Origin: an uncultured delta proteobacterium
Lineage (GTDB): Bacteria; Desulfobacterota; Desulfomonilia; UBA1062
Length of the DNA: 64,000 nt
Direction of reading: 5' to 3'
NCBI GenBank assembly: GCA_963798485.1
Contig: CAWCTR010000004.1
Location: 96,001-160,000 of the forward strand
Translations under genes and position numbers: made by a program
Notes under the pieces: generated by a model
Database searches by the model: none
What the model saw: only the letters and a program-made list of their open reading frames with translations
Told to the model about the DNA's origin: nothing
Part shown: in pieces, positions 1 through 8,964 of the stretch
Layout: the number at the start of each line of letters is the position of its first letter
How positions within the stretch are numbered: position 1 is the stretch's first letter

Positions 1-37
1 TATTTTACAGGGCAGGAAAAGACGGGTGTTCCTTCTG

Positions 38-1348
38 TCAACCCCTTGATACACGTCGTTGTTTGCCTGCGCTCTTCTTTGAAGGGAATTTTTGTGAGCA
101 GATATCGAGGTTCTCCGGGTTTATATATGTCCCCCGGTGAGTAATGCGGAAATCGAGGTGAGGACCTGTTGCAAGCCCTGTCATGCCCACATATCCTATT
201 GTCTCACCCTTGCGCACCCTTTTTCCAAGCATGAGGTTCTGGGAATAATGGGAGAGATGCCCGTACTGCGAGATGTACCCATTGGAATGCATGATGCGGA
301 TGGTCTTGCCGAAGCCCCCATCCCACCCAACATAATTCACCCGTCCTGGTCCTATGGAATGTACCGGGGTCCCGGTTGGGGCAGAGTAATCAATGCCGAG
401 ATGGGGTTGGGCCAAATTGGTAAAGGGATCTACCCTGGAGTAACTGAACCCGGATGATATCCGCCGATAGGTGAGTGGCACCCTAAGGAAGGTGGCCTCA
501 TCGGCTTTTGCCATGCGGGCTTTACGTGTCTTCTTGGATCGAGCGTTTCTATGGAGTATAGGCCCATTCTTCTTGTCAGGGGCATGGAATTTTGTTGATG
601 ACAGGTCTTGATTCCCGGCATCTGCAGGATTGTCCACTGCCGTTGTTGTTAAGGAATCTTTGTCCAATGGCGGCAGTTCAGGGGATAGCACCAGACCGCT
701 TGCCAACAACTCGTAAGGGCTCTGGGTGGTTGTGCGTACACTATCAGGCAGGCCGCAGTTATAGGATGAGAATGTTTTTATGGTGTTTCCGGTCGTTACT
801 GAGGCAACGGGTTTTATTTGAGGGAGAGATGACTTGGCAGAGGCCTGACGGTTCTTTAACGGTTGATTCGGTCTTACGCCAGGTTGGTTTTTTTGAGTGA
901 AGAGAGTATTTGGTCTTGCCTGAACGAGTCTTATAACCTTGCCGTTATACAGGACAACCTTTTTTCTGCTGGACGGCGTATAGTTAATCTCCTGAAGGCC
1001 CGTGCCATCCTGGCTGAAATAGAACTCAAGCTCGCCGCCCGGCCGCATCTTGGTGAGCTTATATACACGGAAAGCCTTTTTCGAGATGTACAGGGCGTCT
1101 TTCCTTGATACACCGGCCTTCACCAGGATGTCACAGAATACATCGCCTTTCTGTATGACATATACGTTCATGGGTTTTGTCGATGGGGCAGGGGGGATTT
1201 TATGGGCAAGCTGTTCCTTCACCAGTCCCGCCCCGGTTGGTGAAGAAGTCATGCCGGTGCTGGCGTACAGGACAGAAGGCAGGAAGATTTGCCCCAGGAG
1301 ACCTGCTATGCATACAAACAAGATATTCCGCACGCAGAATATTTTCAT
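38..1348 (-). CDS. M23 family metallopeptidase (murein endopeptidase) with N-terminal membrane anchor and OapA/LysM-like region
   Basis: HLGIDY (HxxxD) and ATGPHLDF (HxH) M23 zinc motifs, YGHL. Start placed at MKIFCVRN (ATG 1348) rather than ORF-track 1420. Confidence 0.85.
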   Translation of the reverse strand: MKIFCVRNILFVCIAGLLGQIFLPSVLYASTGMTSSPTGAGLVKEQLAHKIPPAPSTKPMNVYVIQKGDVFCDILVKAGVSRKDALYISKKAFRVYKLTKMRPGGELEFYFSQDGTGLQEINYTPSSRKKVVLYNGKVIRLVQARPNTLFTQKNQPGVRPNQPLKNRQASAKSSLPQIKPVASVTTGNTIKTFSSYNCGLPDSVRTTTQSPYELLASGLVLSPELPPLDKDSLTTTAVDNPADAGNQDLSSTKFHAPDKKNGPILHRNARSKKTRKARMAKADEATFLRVPLTYRRISSGFSYSRVDPFTNLAQPHLGIDYSAPTGTPVHSIGPGRVNYVGWDGGFGKTIRIMHSNGYISQYGHLSHYSQNLMLGKRVRKGETIGYVGMTGLATGPHLDFRITHRGTYINPENLDICSQKFPSKKSAGKQRRVSRG

Positions 1349-1517
1349 GTCTTTTATCATGGGATGGAACCTCCCCGCAGAATTCCCTGATAGATCTATC
1401 AGGCTCAATAACATTAACAACGGCTATACTATGGAGGAAAGAGAAATGCAAGTTCAGTTAATAATTTAATGATATCAATATGATATTCAGGAAATATGCA
1501 TTCTCGTATTTTATAGT

Positions 1518-1793
1518 TTAACGCATGTCGCTGCCGCCGGGTGGCAACTCGGTGGCAGGCTTGGTGAAGTCGCCTTTGCGCTTATCCCTGTCCCGCTTCC
1601 TCTCCTGGCAGAGGAAAAGCAGTGCGGCGGCATTGGCCTTTACATGGGCAAACAGGCTTTCCGGCCCTGTGTATTTTTCATAGTGCTCCAGATTATATTC
1701 AAGATCCTTGATGGCCTTGGCCAGGGCCTCCTCATGCATACTGTGCTTTTTCTGTACCATGATCTTTTTGGCTTGGGCTTCAAATTCATCCAT
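1518..1793 (-). CDS. hypothetical protein, 91 aa
   Basis: AGGAGG RBS upstream of ATG; helical charged composition; no family recognised. Confidence 0.6.
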   Translation of the reverse strand: MDEFEAQAKKIMVQKKHSMHEEALAKAIKDLEYNLEHYEKYTGPESLFAHVKANAAALLFLCQERKRDRDKRKGDFTKPATELPPGGSDMR

Positions 1794-1841
1794 GGCAATC
1801 CTCCTTTGGGTTTAATGAGATGCCGGCAAGCAATGGCCCGG

Positions 1842-2165
1842 TCAATTCTTAGGCACAGTGTTCTTATCGGCCTTCTCGATCTTATCGTTTTTTTCCACCT
1901 TGTCAACCTTCTCGTCAACCGACCACTTGTATTCGGATACCTCGACCTTCTTCTTGGTTTCCACCCGCTTCACCGGCACCGGTTTGAGGGTTATTTCATA
2001 GAGCTTGCCCTCGCCCGTGTAATTATCCAATGCATCTTTTAAGGACTGATAGATCTCGATCTTCTGGCTGCCGAACATGGTGTCCTTTATAATTGCATAT
2101 TCTTTTGCAGATGCCGCACTTGTGATGATAAGAACGGCCACGCAGAGCATGAATAATTTTCTCAT
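1842..2165 (-). CDS. hypothetical exported protein
   Basis: Classical signal peptide MRKLFMLCVAVLIITSAASA; G-rich RBS. Confidence 0.7.
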   Translation of the reverse strand: MRKLFMLCVAVLIITSAASAKEYAIIKDTMFGSQKIEIYQSLKDALDNYTGEGKLYEITLKPVPVKRVETKKKVEVSEYKWSVDEKVDKVEKNDKIEKADKNTVPKN

Positions 2166-2284
2166 AGCCTATCCCCCCTTCATCATCTAAGTGTTTTTTG
2201 TCCGGTATTTTCACAGATATGTCAATCGGAACATAGACGATAGGGTTACAGGCATCGGGCATTAAGTCAAAGAAATGGTTGCAG

Positions 2285-3439
2285 TCACCTCCGGCCTAAA
2301 GCCTTCTCAGCCAGAGTCTCTTTATATTTTTCGAAACACATCCGCTCAATGGAAGAGAGCCTTTCAAAGGCCTTTTGGAAAGAGATTGCAGAGCTTGTAA
2401 AGACCCCGTGACCGTGGACAATGGCTGCATGGCCCGCTTGCATGGCCTGAGGCAATGTGTGCACAAGCCCACGACTTCCTGCGCCGACCTCGCCGGCCAC
2501 CACGGGCACATCGCCGACGGTTCTCGTTTGCCCGAACTGCAATGGCTCGCCCGCCATGGACATGATCACCGAGAATCGAGGATGGCCGTGCAGGATAGCC
2601 GTATCACCGGTGAGTTCATATATCTTCACATGGGCTGAGAGTTCGGATGACGAAGTGAGCTCGCATGTGGAGGAACCATCCAGAGGCACACAGTCTATGC
2701 GGCCCGGCAGCTCATCCAGGGAGGATCCTGTCTGGGAGATGTAGATGAGGGAGTCTTTCCTGAAGGATATGTTGCCGAAAAAGGAATCCACCAGTCGTGC
2801 AGCCACGGTTGCCTTGCCTGCGTCGTCCATGGCCTTAATGATGCCGGCCTCGTCAATGGGCCTTTTTCCGGAGAGGGGGTTCGAGAAGGCAGGTGTGTCG
2901 AACGGTAAGAGGAAGCCGCCGCAGGCATCGATCTGCCGTGCTGATGGTTTTGCAATATCGCCAAGGCCTTGCAAACCCAAGAGGATGTCGGCAAAGAATT
3001 TGACAAAGCAGGCGAAGCATATGGAGCTCATAACAATGAAGGCCTGCTCAAGTGATACGGTGCCGGTAGTAATGATACCGAGGTCCTTGACAATGCATCC
3101 CTTTCGGGAATTCAGGGCGCAGGCGACGAGGCCCGGATCAAACGAGTCGACCACCGGTATATCGTGAATAAAGGTAAGGCTCTCGGTGTCCTTAGGGGAG
3201 ATGAGGCCAGGGTTTGCAAGGACCAGTTCGCTGATGATCGCCCACCTGAGTGGATCGGGCCTGGCGATGAGCAGGCTGTTGATAGCGAGGTCATCGAACA
3301 GGGCGCTGACCTTATCAGGTATCCTATCGTTGTTGGAGTAGATCTCATCGTCCAGGCCGTAAAGCTGCGCATCAGCCGGGGCGGTTATGAGGCCGTGGTC
3401 CAGCAGTTTCTTAAGATATTTGTTCACCTGGTCCTGCAT
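2285..3439 (-). CDS. class II aldolase/adducin family protein with extra N-terminal domain
   Basis: FFGNIS, SSELSAH, ILHGHP, VHGHGV metal-binding motifs. Start MQDQ (3439) overlaps the AOR stop. Confidence 0.8.
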   Translation of the reverse strand: MQDQVNKYLKKLLDHGLITAPADAQLYGLDDEIYSNNDRIPDKVSALFDDLAINSLLIARPDPLRWAIISELVLANPGLISPKDTESLTFIHDIPVVDSFDPGLVACALNSRKGCIVKDLGIITTGTVSLEQAFIVMSSICFACFVKFFADILLGLQGLGDIAKPSARQIDACGGFLLPFDTPAFSNPLSGKRPIDEAGIIKAMDDAGKATVAARLVDSFFGNISFRKDSLIYISQTGSSLDELPGRIDCVPLDGSSTCELTSSSELSAHVKIYELTGDTAILHGHPRFSVIMSMAGEPLQFGQTRTVGDVPVVAGEVGAGSRGLVHTLPQAMQAGHAAIVHGHGVFTSSAISFQKAFERLSSIERMCFEKYKETLAEKALGRR

Positions 3440-5181
3440 ACACCCAGGTCCTTCATGCGCGTCTCGGTGAGAGTGCCGTCTTCGTTGCATCCGCGAATCC
3501 GGTAGTATCTGGAAAGGGCCTCATCAAAGGCCGCCCTGTTAATGGGTAGGATGTCAATGCCCGGGCCGTTCGTACCGGGCTCTTTATAGAAACGCTCCGG
3601 GAGCATGTCGTCCTTGCGGGTGAACCCTCTAATGGTGTTGATATGACGTTCAAGGGTATAGATATTGTCCCCGATCTTAAGCAGGTCCTGGGTGTCGTAT
3701 TGAAGCCCGGTTACCGCAGCGAATCCCTTTGCATATTCTTCAAGCGTGGCGCCCAGGTATGCAAACTTGCAGGTGCCTATGGAATCGATGACGGCATTGA
3801 GGTCCTCTGCTAGTTTGATGATCCTTGCCTTGCCGGAAAAGGAGAAGCGGTCTGTGGCAACAGGCTTGCCAAGGATCTCATGGGCGATGGGGTAGGCCCT
3901 GAGGTGGCATCCGCCACGACTTGAGGTGCCATAGGCCAGCGCCATGCCATAGGCCCCCCTCGGGTCATAGGCGGGCAGTTCCAGTCTTTTGACGCTCATG
4001 GATTTGTCAGGTGCACCGAGCTCGAGGGCAAGGGCTGCAGACCCCATCATCAAAAGTCCTGAATCCTTTTGGGCGCCCAGGATGTCGCGCACCTTTCTCA
4101 CAAGGACCTTTCCGGTATAACGCTCACCTCTTATCTCGGCCAGGCATGCTATGGTGGAGGCCGCGGTTATGGTGTCCATGCCGGTCTCGTTGCAGATATG
4201 GTTTGCCTCGATGATGGACCCGAGGTCGTCATTTTCGTTGAGTGCGCCAAAGTGCGACAACGTCTCGTACTCGGGTATCTCCCTCATAGACTTCTGCTTG
4301 CAGGCAATGGGGCAGCCGTGGCAGGCATAGTGTTTCGGCTGTTCCTTTGAGCGTATGGTAGGGCCGCTGAAGGATTTGTACCCTTCAAAGAAGGTCCTGC
4401 GGAAATTGGCTGTAGGCATCATATAACGGGATGCTATGAGGTCTACCAGGGCGCTTGTGCCGTAGGCGCTGATCCCCGACCTTCCCATGATGAAAGGCGT
4501 TGCATCGAAGAGCCGTATGATGTCTTTGCGGGCAATCTCTTCTGCCTGGGGGTCATGGACCTCGGCATGTGCGCTGCCGCTGCCGCATACCGTAATGGCC
4601 CTGAGGTTTTTTGATGCCATCACAAGGCCCAGACCTCCCCTTCCTGAGGCAAAACAGGAGTCCACCATGATGGAGGCATACCGGCAGCCCTTGAATGCGG
4701 CCTCTCCCACGGCTGCAGTAGAACCCTTGCGTGAGTCCAATTTTTTGAACACGGCGGACAACGGTGTTTCGGCTGCCAAAGAGACTTCTTCAAAGCTAAC
4801 TGTCTCATCTTGGACACATACAACGAGCTGCTTATCACCCCTGCCGGTTATATGGATGAGGTCAATGCCCGCTTTCTTCATCTGCAAGGCCAGAGAGCCG
4901 CCTACGGAGCAGCTGAACACCGTGTTGGTAAGGGGCGAGAAGGCCGAGATCATCATGCGGCTCGCAGAAGGGATGCGTGAGGCTGTGAGTGCGCCGATGG
5001 CAAAAATAAGCGGGGCATGGGCATCACATGCCTTTAGTGATGGCGTATTATGAAGAAAATAGGCGCCTATGCCCCTCCCGCCGAGGTATATCCCGGCCAA
5101 GGCAGGGTCGAGCCTTTCCCTGCGGGAGCGCCTTGCGGCCATGTCGATAAAGAGGCAGACAAGTGAAAATTCCTTATGCAT
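3424..5181 (-). CDS. aor: aldehyde:ferredoxin oxidoreductase (W/Mo AOR family)
   Basis: YLGGRG, GRGGLG.VMASKNL, CHGCPIAC, PEYET, GMDTI, YDPRG, RGGCH, DDMLPERF. Confidence 0.92.
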   Translation of the reverse strand: MHKEFSLVCLFIDMAARRSRRERLDPALAGIYLGGRGIGAYFLHNTPSLKACDAHAPLIFAIGALTASRIPSASRMMISAFSPLTNTVFSCSVGGSLALQMKKAGIDLIHITGRGDKQLVVCVQDETVSFEEVSLAAETPLSAVFKKLDSRKGSTAAVGEAAFKGCRYASIMVDSCFASGRGGLGLVMASKNLRAITVCGSGSAHAEVHDPQAEEIARKDIIRLFDATPFIMGRSGISAYGTSALVDLIASRYMMPTANFRRTFFEGYKSFSGPTIRSKEQPKHYACHGCPIACKQKSMREIPEYETLSHFGALNENDDLGSIIEANHICNETGMDTITAASTIACLAEIRGERYTGKVLVRKVRDILGAQKDSGLLMMGSAALALELGAPDKSMSVKRLELPAYDPRGAYGMALAYGTSSRGGCHLRAYPIAHEILGKPVATDRFSFSGKARIIKLAEDLNAVIDSIGTCKFAYLGATLEEYAKGFAAVTGLQYDTQDLLKIGDNIYTLERHINTIRGFTRKDDMLPERFYKEPGTNGPGIDILPINRAAFDEALSRYYRIRGCNEDGTLTETRMKDLGVCRTR

Positions 5182-5328
5182 GGGCGCCTAGTGTAATGTA
5201 ATCTTCCCTCAAGCTCAACGGGAATGAGCCAGATTATGGCTTTTCATAGAGAATGCCGTCCTAAGTTGCCAGGGCCTGTTAAGTGTGATAATGCTTGTAA
5301 GCTACTAGTAATAAGGAGGACGAAAACT

Positions 5329-5523
5329 ATGATTAGCACATCGCATCTTCTCATCCTGCTGGTTATCGTACTTGTTATCTTTGGCGCCGGCAAGCTGCCC
5401 GAGGTGGGAAGCGCCCTGGGAAAGGGTATCAAGAATTTCAAATCCGCTATGGATGAAACCCCCGGGAGCAAGGAGGCGAAAGGCGATATCGAGGACAAGA
5501 ATAAAGGGCAGAAGGCAGACTGA
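5329..5523 (+). CDS. tatA: twin-arginine translocase TatA/TatE subunit
   Basis: [24 protein letters not shown] signature; AAGGAGG RBS before ATG 5329. Confidence 0.95.
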   Translation: MISTSHLLILLVIVLVIFGAGKLPEVGSALGKGIKNFKSAMDETPGSKEAKGDIEDKNKGQKAD

Positions 5524-5587
5524 CAGTGAAGGCCCATCTGTAATAGCCAAGATCCGACCATACATCAAACTCTTATAAGGGGTTCGT

Positions 5588-5945
5588 ATGGAGATAAGCA
5601 AACGATGGTGTGTTGTAGTGCTTATGGCACTTTTAGCCCTGTGTTTCTCATCAAACCTCCTTGCGGTTGATATCGGCGTGGCCTGGGAGGGAAAGTCCGG
5701 GATGGCGAACAATGTCATAAAGGGCTTTGCCGAAGGGATCAAGGGAGCGGGCATCAATAATGAAAAAGATTCTGCCTTCGATGAAGTCGGTGATGCTCCT
5801 CATGGAAAAAGGACACCCTTCCGCCCCCATAGAAGAGGAAGAAACAAAAGCGGCCTGCATTGCATTCAAAATATCCTACCATGGCAAAATGTGTTCATCT
5901 GTGGATGAGATCCTGACTGCCGTGAAGGAAAATAAAGACTCTGAA
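5588..5945 (+). pseudogene. internally deleted, frameshifted and truncated ABC transporter substrate-binding protein
   Basis: Signal peptide + IGVAWEGKSGMANNVIKGF in one frame. Shifts at about 5760 to KKILPSMKSVMLLMEKGHPSAPIEEEETKAAC in another frame, which resembles a more central part of such proteins, then degenerates. Confidence 0.55.
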
Positions 5946-6025
5946 CGGGAACACATACAAGAAGCTCGGCCTTCAGATACCGCCCAATGTTCTGGGTGCA
6001 GCAAAGATCATTCAGTAAAAATTTT

Positions 6026-6053
6026 ACCCTCTCTCCTCTTCCGGGGAGAGAGG
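6026..6053. repeat. polypyrimidine/polypurine hairpin (BoxC/PIT-like)
   Basis: ACCCTCTCTCC-TCTTCCG-GGGAGAGAGGGT inverted repeat. Confidence 0.6.
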
Positions 6054-6167
6054 GTCTTTCTGTATCATATTGAATATACAAGCTCCATGTTTATCTAATA
6101 CATATTCTTAAAAGGCTTCGGCCCCACCAGTTTATTTCCAACTAGCCGTTATTTCACATAGAACGAT

Positions 6168-6298
6168 ATAGGGACAGCGCCTATTTTATATTGATAAAAT
6201 AGTGTCCATTTGGTAAGCTTTACGTATGACGCGAATTACAAGGGTTGTAGCCCCCATGGGACCGAAAAAGGAGGAGGTTAAATAGGCGCTGTCCTTAT
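6168..6298 (+). mobile_element. miniature element with 15-bp perfect terminal inverted repeats; probable deletion derivative of a RAYT/Y1 transposase gene
   Basis: GGACAGCGCCTATTT (6172-6186) / AAATAGGCGCTGTCC (6280-6294). Internal TTGATA-N17-TAAGCT promoter and 19-codon ORF MTRITRVVAPMGPKKEEVK (6226-6285). Confidence 0.65.
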
Positions 6299-6356
6299 TA
6301 TTCCCACAATGTGAGAACAATTTTCAAATAAAATAATATTATGGAAGGAGAAGTAT

Positions 6357-6923
6357 ATGGGCAAAAGGATGAAGATGGCAATTGTTTTGCTGGCGGCATT
6401 AATGGTGATCCCGTGCGGGTTGTTCGCAGCAGGTTCCTACGAGGGGCTGACGGCGCGGGTGGGCATAGGCCATTTGACCGACAGCGATATTGGCGATTAT
6501 GCAAAGATGCCTCTTGATATTTTTGTGGACTATGATATTCCCCTACCGACTGTCCATGAGGTGACCATACGCCCGAATATCGGCCTGATCTATATAAAAG
6601 GCAAAGATGAGGCGGATGGGATGACTATCAAGGAGATCCCTGTCATGGTCGACGCAGTGTACCATATCAGCCAGCCGGGCATGCAGGTGAGGCCGTATTT
6701 TGGAGCAGGCCTCGGGTTTATCCATGGAACGCTGAGCGGTACCGAAGATAATGATGGGAGTGAAACAAGATTTGCCTTTGGTTTTTTGGGTGGGGTGGAG
6801 TTCCCCCTGAGCCCGACCGGCAGCTTTGTAGCGCAGCTGGATTACATCTTGTGCCATTCTGATAAGTTGGATGTAGACATGGATATGTTCAATCTCTCTG
6901 TGGGGTATAAGTTCCGCTTCTAA
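6357..6923 (+). CDS. outer-membrane beta-barrel protein (OmpA/OmpW-like porin family)
   Basis: Signal peptide, RPYFGAGLG strand, amphipathic strands, C-terminal YKFRF BAM motif. Confidence 0.88.
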   Translation: MGKRMKMAIVLLAALMVIPCGLFAAGSYEGLTARVGIGHLTDSDIGDYAKMPLDIFVDYDIPLPTVHEVTIRPNIGLIYIKGKDEADGMTIKEIPVMVDAVYHISQPGMQVRPYFGAGLGFIHGTLSGTEDNDGSETRFAFGFLGGVEFPLSPTGSFVAQLDYILCHSDKLDVDMDMFNLSVGYKFRF

Positions 6924-6972
6924 ACACAGCGGGTAACAAGAAGCAAACATTTAAGAGAAATTCATCTTGCCT

Positions 6973-7038
6973 GTCACCCCCGCGGAAGCGGTGTCTGGGA
7001 AAGTTTATAACACCGGGCCCCGCTTCCGCGAGGCATAC
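6973..7038. repeat. degenerate GTCA(T/C)CCCCGCG-type palindromic repeat pair (dRS3/NTS-like)
   Basis: GTCACCCCCGCGGAAGCGG ... CCCCGCTTCCGCG; same family as 21075-21143. Confidence 0.65.
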
Positions 7039-7067
7039 ATCACGTAACTTCCAGGAGAGAAATTAGG

Positions 7068-7117
7068 GGTTCACATTATTACCTTGCAAGGATGAAAGAG
7101 AGAAACGTTCCCTTTTC
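7068..7117 (+). repeat. 50-bp dispersed element, copy 1 of 5
   Basis: GGTTCACATTATTACCTTGCAAGGATGAAAGAGAGAAACGTTCCCTTTTC aligns ungapped with 44704, 46044, 46445 and rc 55672-55721. Confidence 0.85.
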
Positions 7118-7188
7118 TTCCCAAAAGATTATCCGGTTTTTCATGTTGCCCATTGATTCATCCATGAAGCTGTGGTGAGATCACCTCT

Positions 7189-7674
7189 ATGAATCTCGAT
7201 GAAACCGACAAGGCAATCCTTGCCCTGGCCGGAGGGGATGTAGAGGTATGCATGCGGCCCTTTGACGCGTGGGCGGATAAGCTCAGCATCCCGGTTGGAG
7301 AATTGATATCGCGGCTCCAGGCCCTCAAGCAAGAAGGTGTGATCAGGGAGATCAAGGCGGTCCTCAGGCATACGCAGGCAGGCTTTACTGCCAATGCCAT
7401 GGTGGCATGGTCCGTTCCCGAGGCCCATGTAGATGAGATCGGGCAGAGAATCGCCTCTTCTCCTGCGGTGAGTCACTGCTATGAGCGGGGCGGCTTCGAC
7501 CGCTTCAATATCTTTTCCATGATCCATGCGCGAACGGATGATGAGATCTTGGAAAGGGTGAATGCCATATCCCAGGCGACCGGCATCAATGATTACCGGA
7601 TATTCCGGAGCATCAAAGAGCTGAAAAAGACCTCCATGAGGTATTTTTGCCAGGAGGGTTCTTGTGACGAATGA
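7189..7674 (+). CDS. ahbB: siroheme decarboxylase beta subunit (AsnC-like, alternative heme pathway)
   Basis: RPF...L, LRHTQAGFTANAMVAW, VSHCYER, MIHA motifs; overlaps hemL. Confidence 0.85.
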   Translation: MNLDETDKAILALAGGDVEVCMRPFDAWADKLSIPVGELISRLQALKQEGVIREIKAVLRHTQAGFTANAMVAWSVPEAHVDEIGQRIASSPAVSHCYERGGFDRFNIFSMIHARTDDEILERVNAISQATGINDYRIFRSIKELKKTSMRYFCQEGSCDE

Positions 7675-8938
7675 GGGTCTGTTCGCAGCTTCACAAAAGG
7701 TCATACCGGGTGGCGTAAATTCACCGGTGAGGGCATTCCTGAAGGTGGGAGGCATTCCCCGATTCATAGAAAGGGGTGATGGTGCCTTCATTACGGATGC
7801 CCAAGGAAAACGATATATCGATTTCGTCCTCTCCTGGGGGCCGCTTATCCTGGGTCACTGCCGCCCCTCTGTCGTAGAAGCTATCAGGCGCCAGGCAGGC
7901 CTCGGCATGAGTTATGGGGCCCCCACAAGGCTGGAGACGAAGATGGCCGAGCTGGTATGCTCCGCCTTTGACAGTATCGAGAAGGTCCGGTTTGTCAGCT
8001 CCGGCACCGAGGCCGCAATGAGCGCCATAAGGCTCGCGCGGGCAGCTACCCGCAGGCAGCTCATCGTCAAGTTCGAGGGGTGCTACCACGGCCATGCAGA
8101 CAGCCTCCTGGTGAAGGCGGGATCAGGTTTGCTGACCCTGGGTGTCCCCGACTCCGCGGGTGTGCCCGACGCGGTCGCGTCCGCAACGGCAGTGCTGCCT
8201 TACAATGACACACCGGCCCTTGAGGAGTTCATGAAAAACCGCTGCGCAGAGGTGGCTGCGGTCATCGTGGAGCCTGTGGCAGGGAACATGGGCATGGTGC
8301 TGCCCAGGAAGGGTTTCCTGGAGTCGATCAGAAGGTTGACCAGCCTTTGCGGAGCACTCCTTATCTTTGATGAGGTGATCACGGGCTTCAGGTTCTGTTT
8401 CGGCGGCTATCAGAACATTGCAGGCATAATGCCTGACCTTACCTGCCTGGGCAAGATCATCGGCGGCGGCCTGCCTGCTGCTGCCTTTGGTGGTAAGGCC
8501 GACATCATGGACCTGCTGGCCCCCCTGGGCCCGGTTTACCAGGCAGGGACGCTCTCGGGAAATCCCCTGGCAATGGCCGCAGGCCTCGCGACATTGGAGA
8601 CACTCAAAGGGCTCGCCCCCTATGAGATGCTCGGACAGGCCATGGCTGCATTCACCTCAGGGCTTGAGGATCAGGCAAAGAAGGCGGGCATCCCGCTGAC
8701 CATCAACGCTTTAGGCCCCATGGCCGGGATGTTTTTCCATGAAGGGCCGGTGGAGACCTTTGAAGATGTCATGGCATCCGATGCAGCAAGGTATGCGAAG
8801 TTTTTCCATGCCATGCTGGATGAGGGTGTTTACCTGGCGCCGTCTCCCTATGAGTCGCTCTTTGTGAGCACGAGCCACACCGTCGAGGTGATTGATCAGG
8901 CCTTGACGGCCGCAGCGATTGCGTTTGCCGGTCTCTAA
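7664..8938 (+). CDS. hemL: glutamate-1-semialdehyde 2,1-aminomutase
   Basis: IPGGVNSPVRAF, SGTEA, FEGCYHGH, FDEVITGFR, GKIIGGGLP, YQAGTLSGNP. Confidence 0.97.
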   Translation: MTNEGLFAASQKVIPGGVNSPVRAFLKVGGIPRFIERGDGAFITDAQGKRYIDFVLSWGPLILGHCRPSVVEAIRRQAGLGMSYGAPTRLETKMAELVCSAFDSIEKVRFVSSGTEAAMSAIRLARAATRRQLIVKFEGCYHGHADSLLVKAGSGLLTLGVPDSAGVPDAVASATAVLPYNDTPALEEFMKNRCAEVAAVIVEPVAGNMGMVLPRKGFLESIRRLTSLCGALLIFDEVITGFRFCFGGYQNIAGIMPDLTCLGKIIGGGLPAAAFGGKADIMDLLAPLGPVYQAGTLSGNPLAMAAGLATLETLKGLAPYEMLGQAMAAFTSGLEDQAKKAGIPLTINALGPMAGMFFHEGPVETFEDVMASDAARYAKFFHAMLDEGVYLAPSPYESLFVSTSHTVEVIDQALTAAAIAFAGL

Positions 8939-8964
8939 CCCTTAAGGAAGGGGAAGAACTAAGA

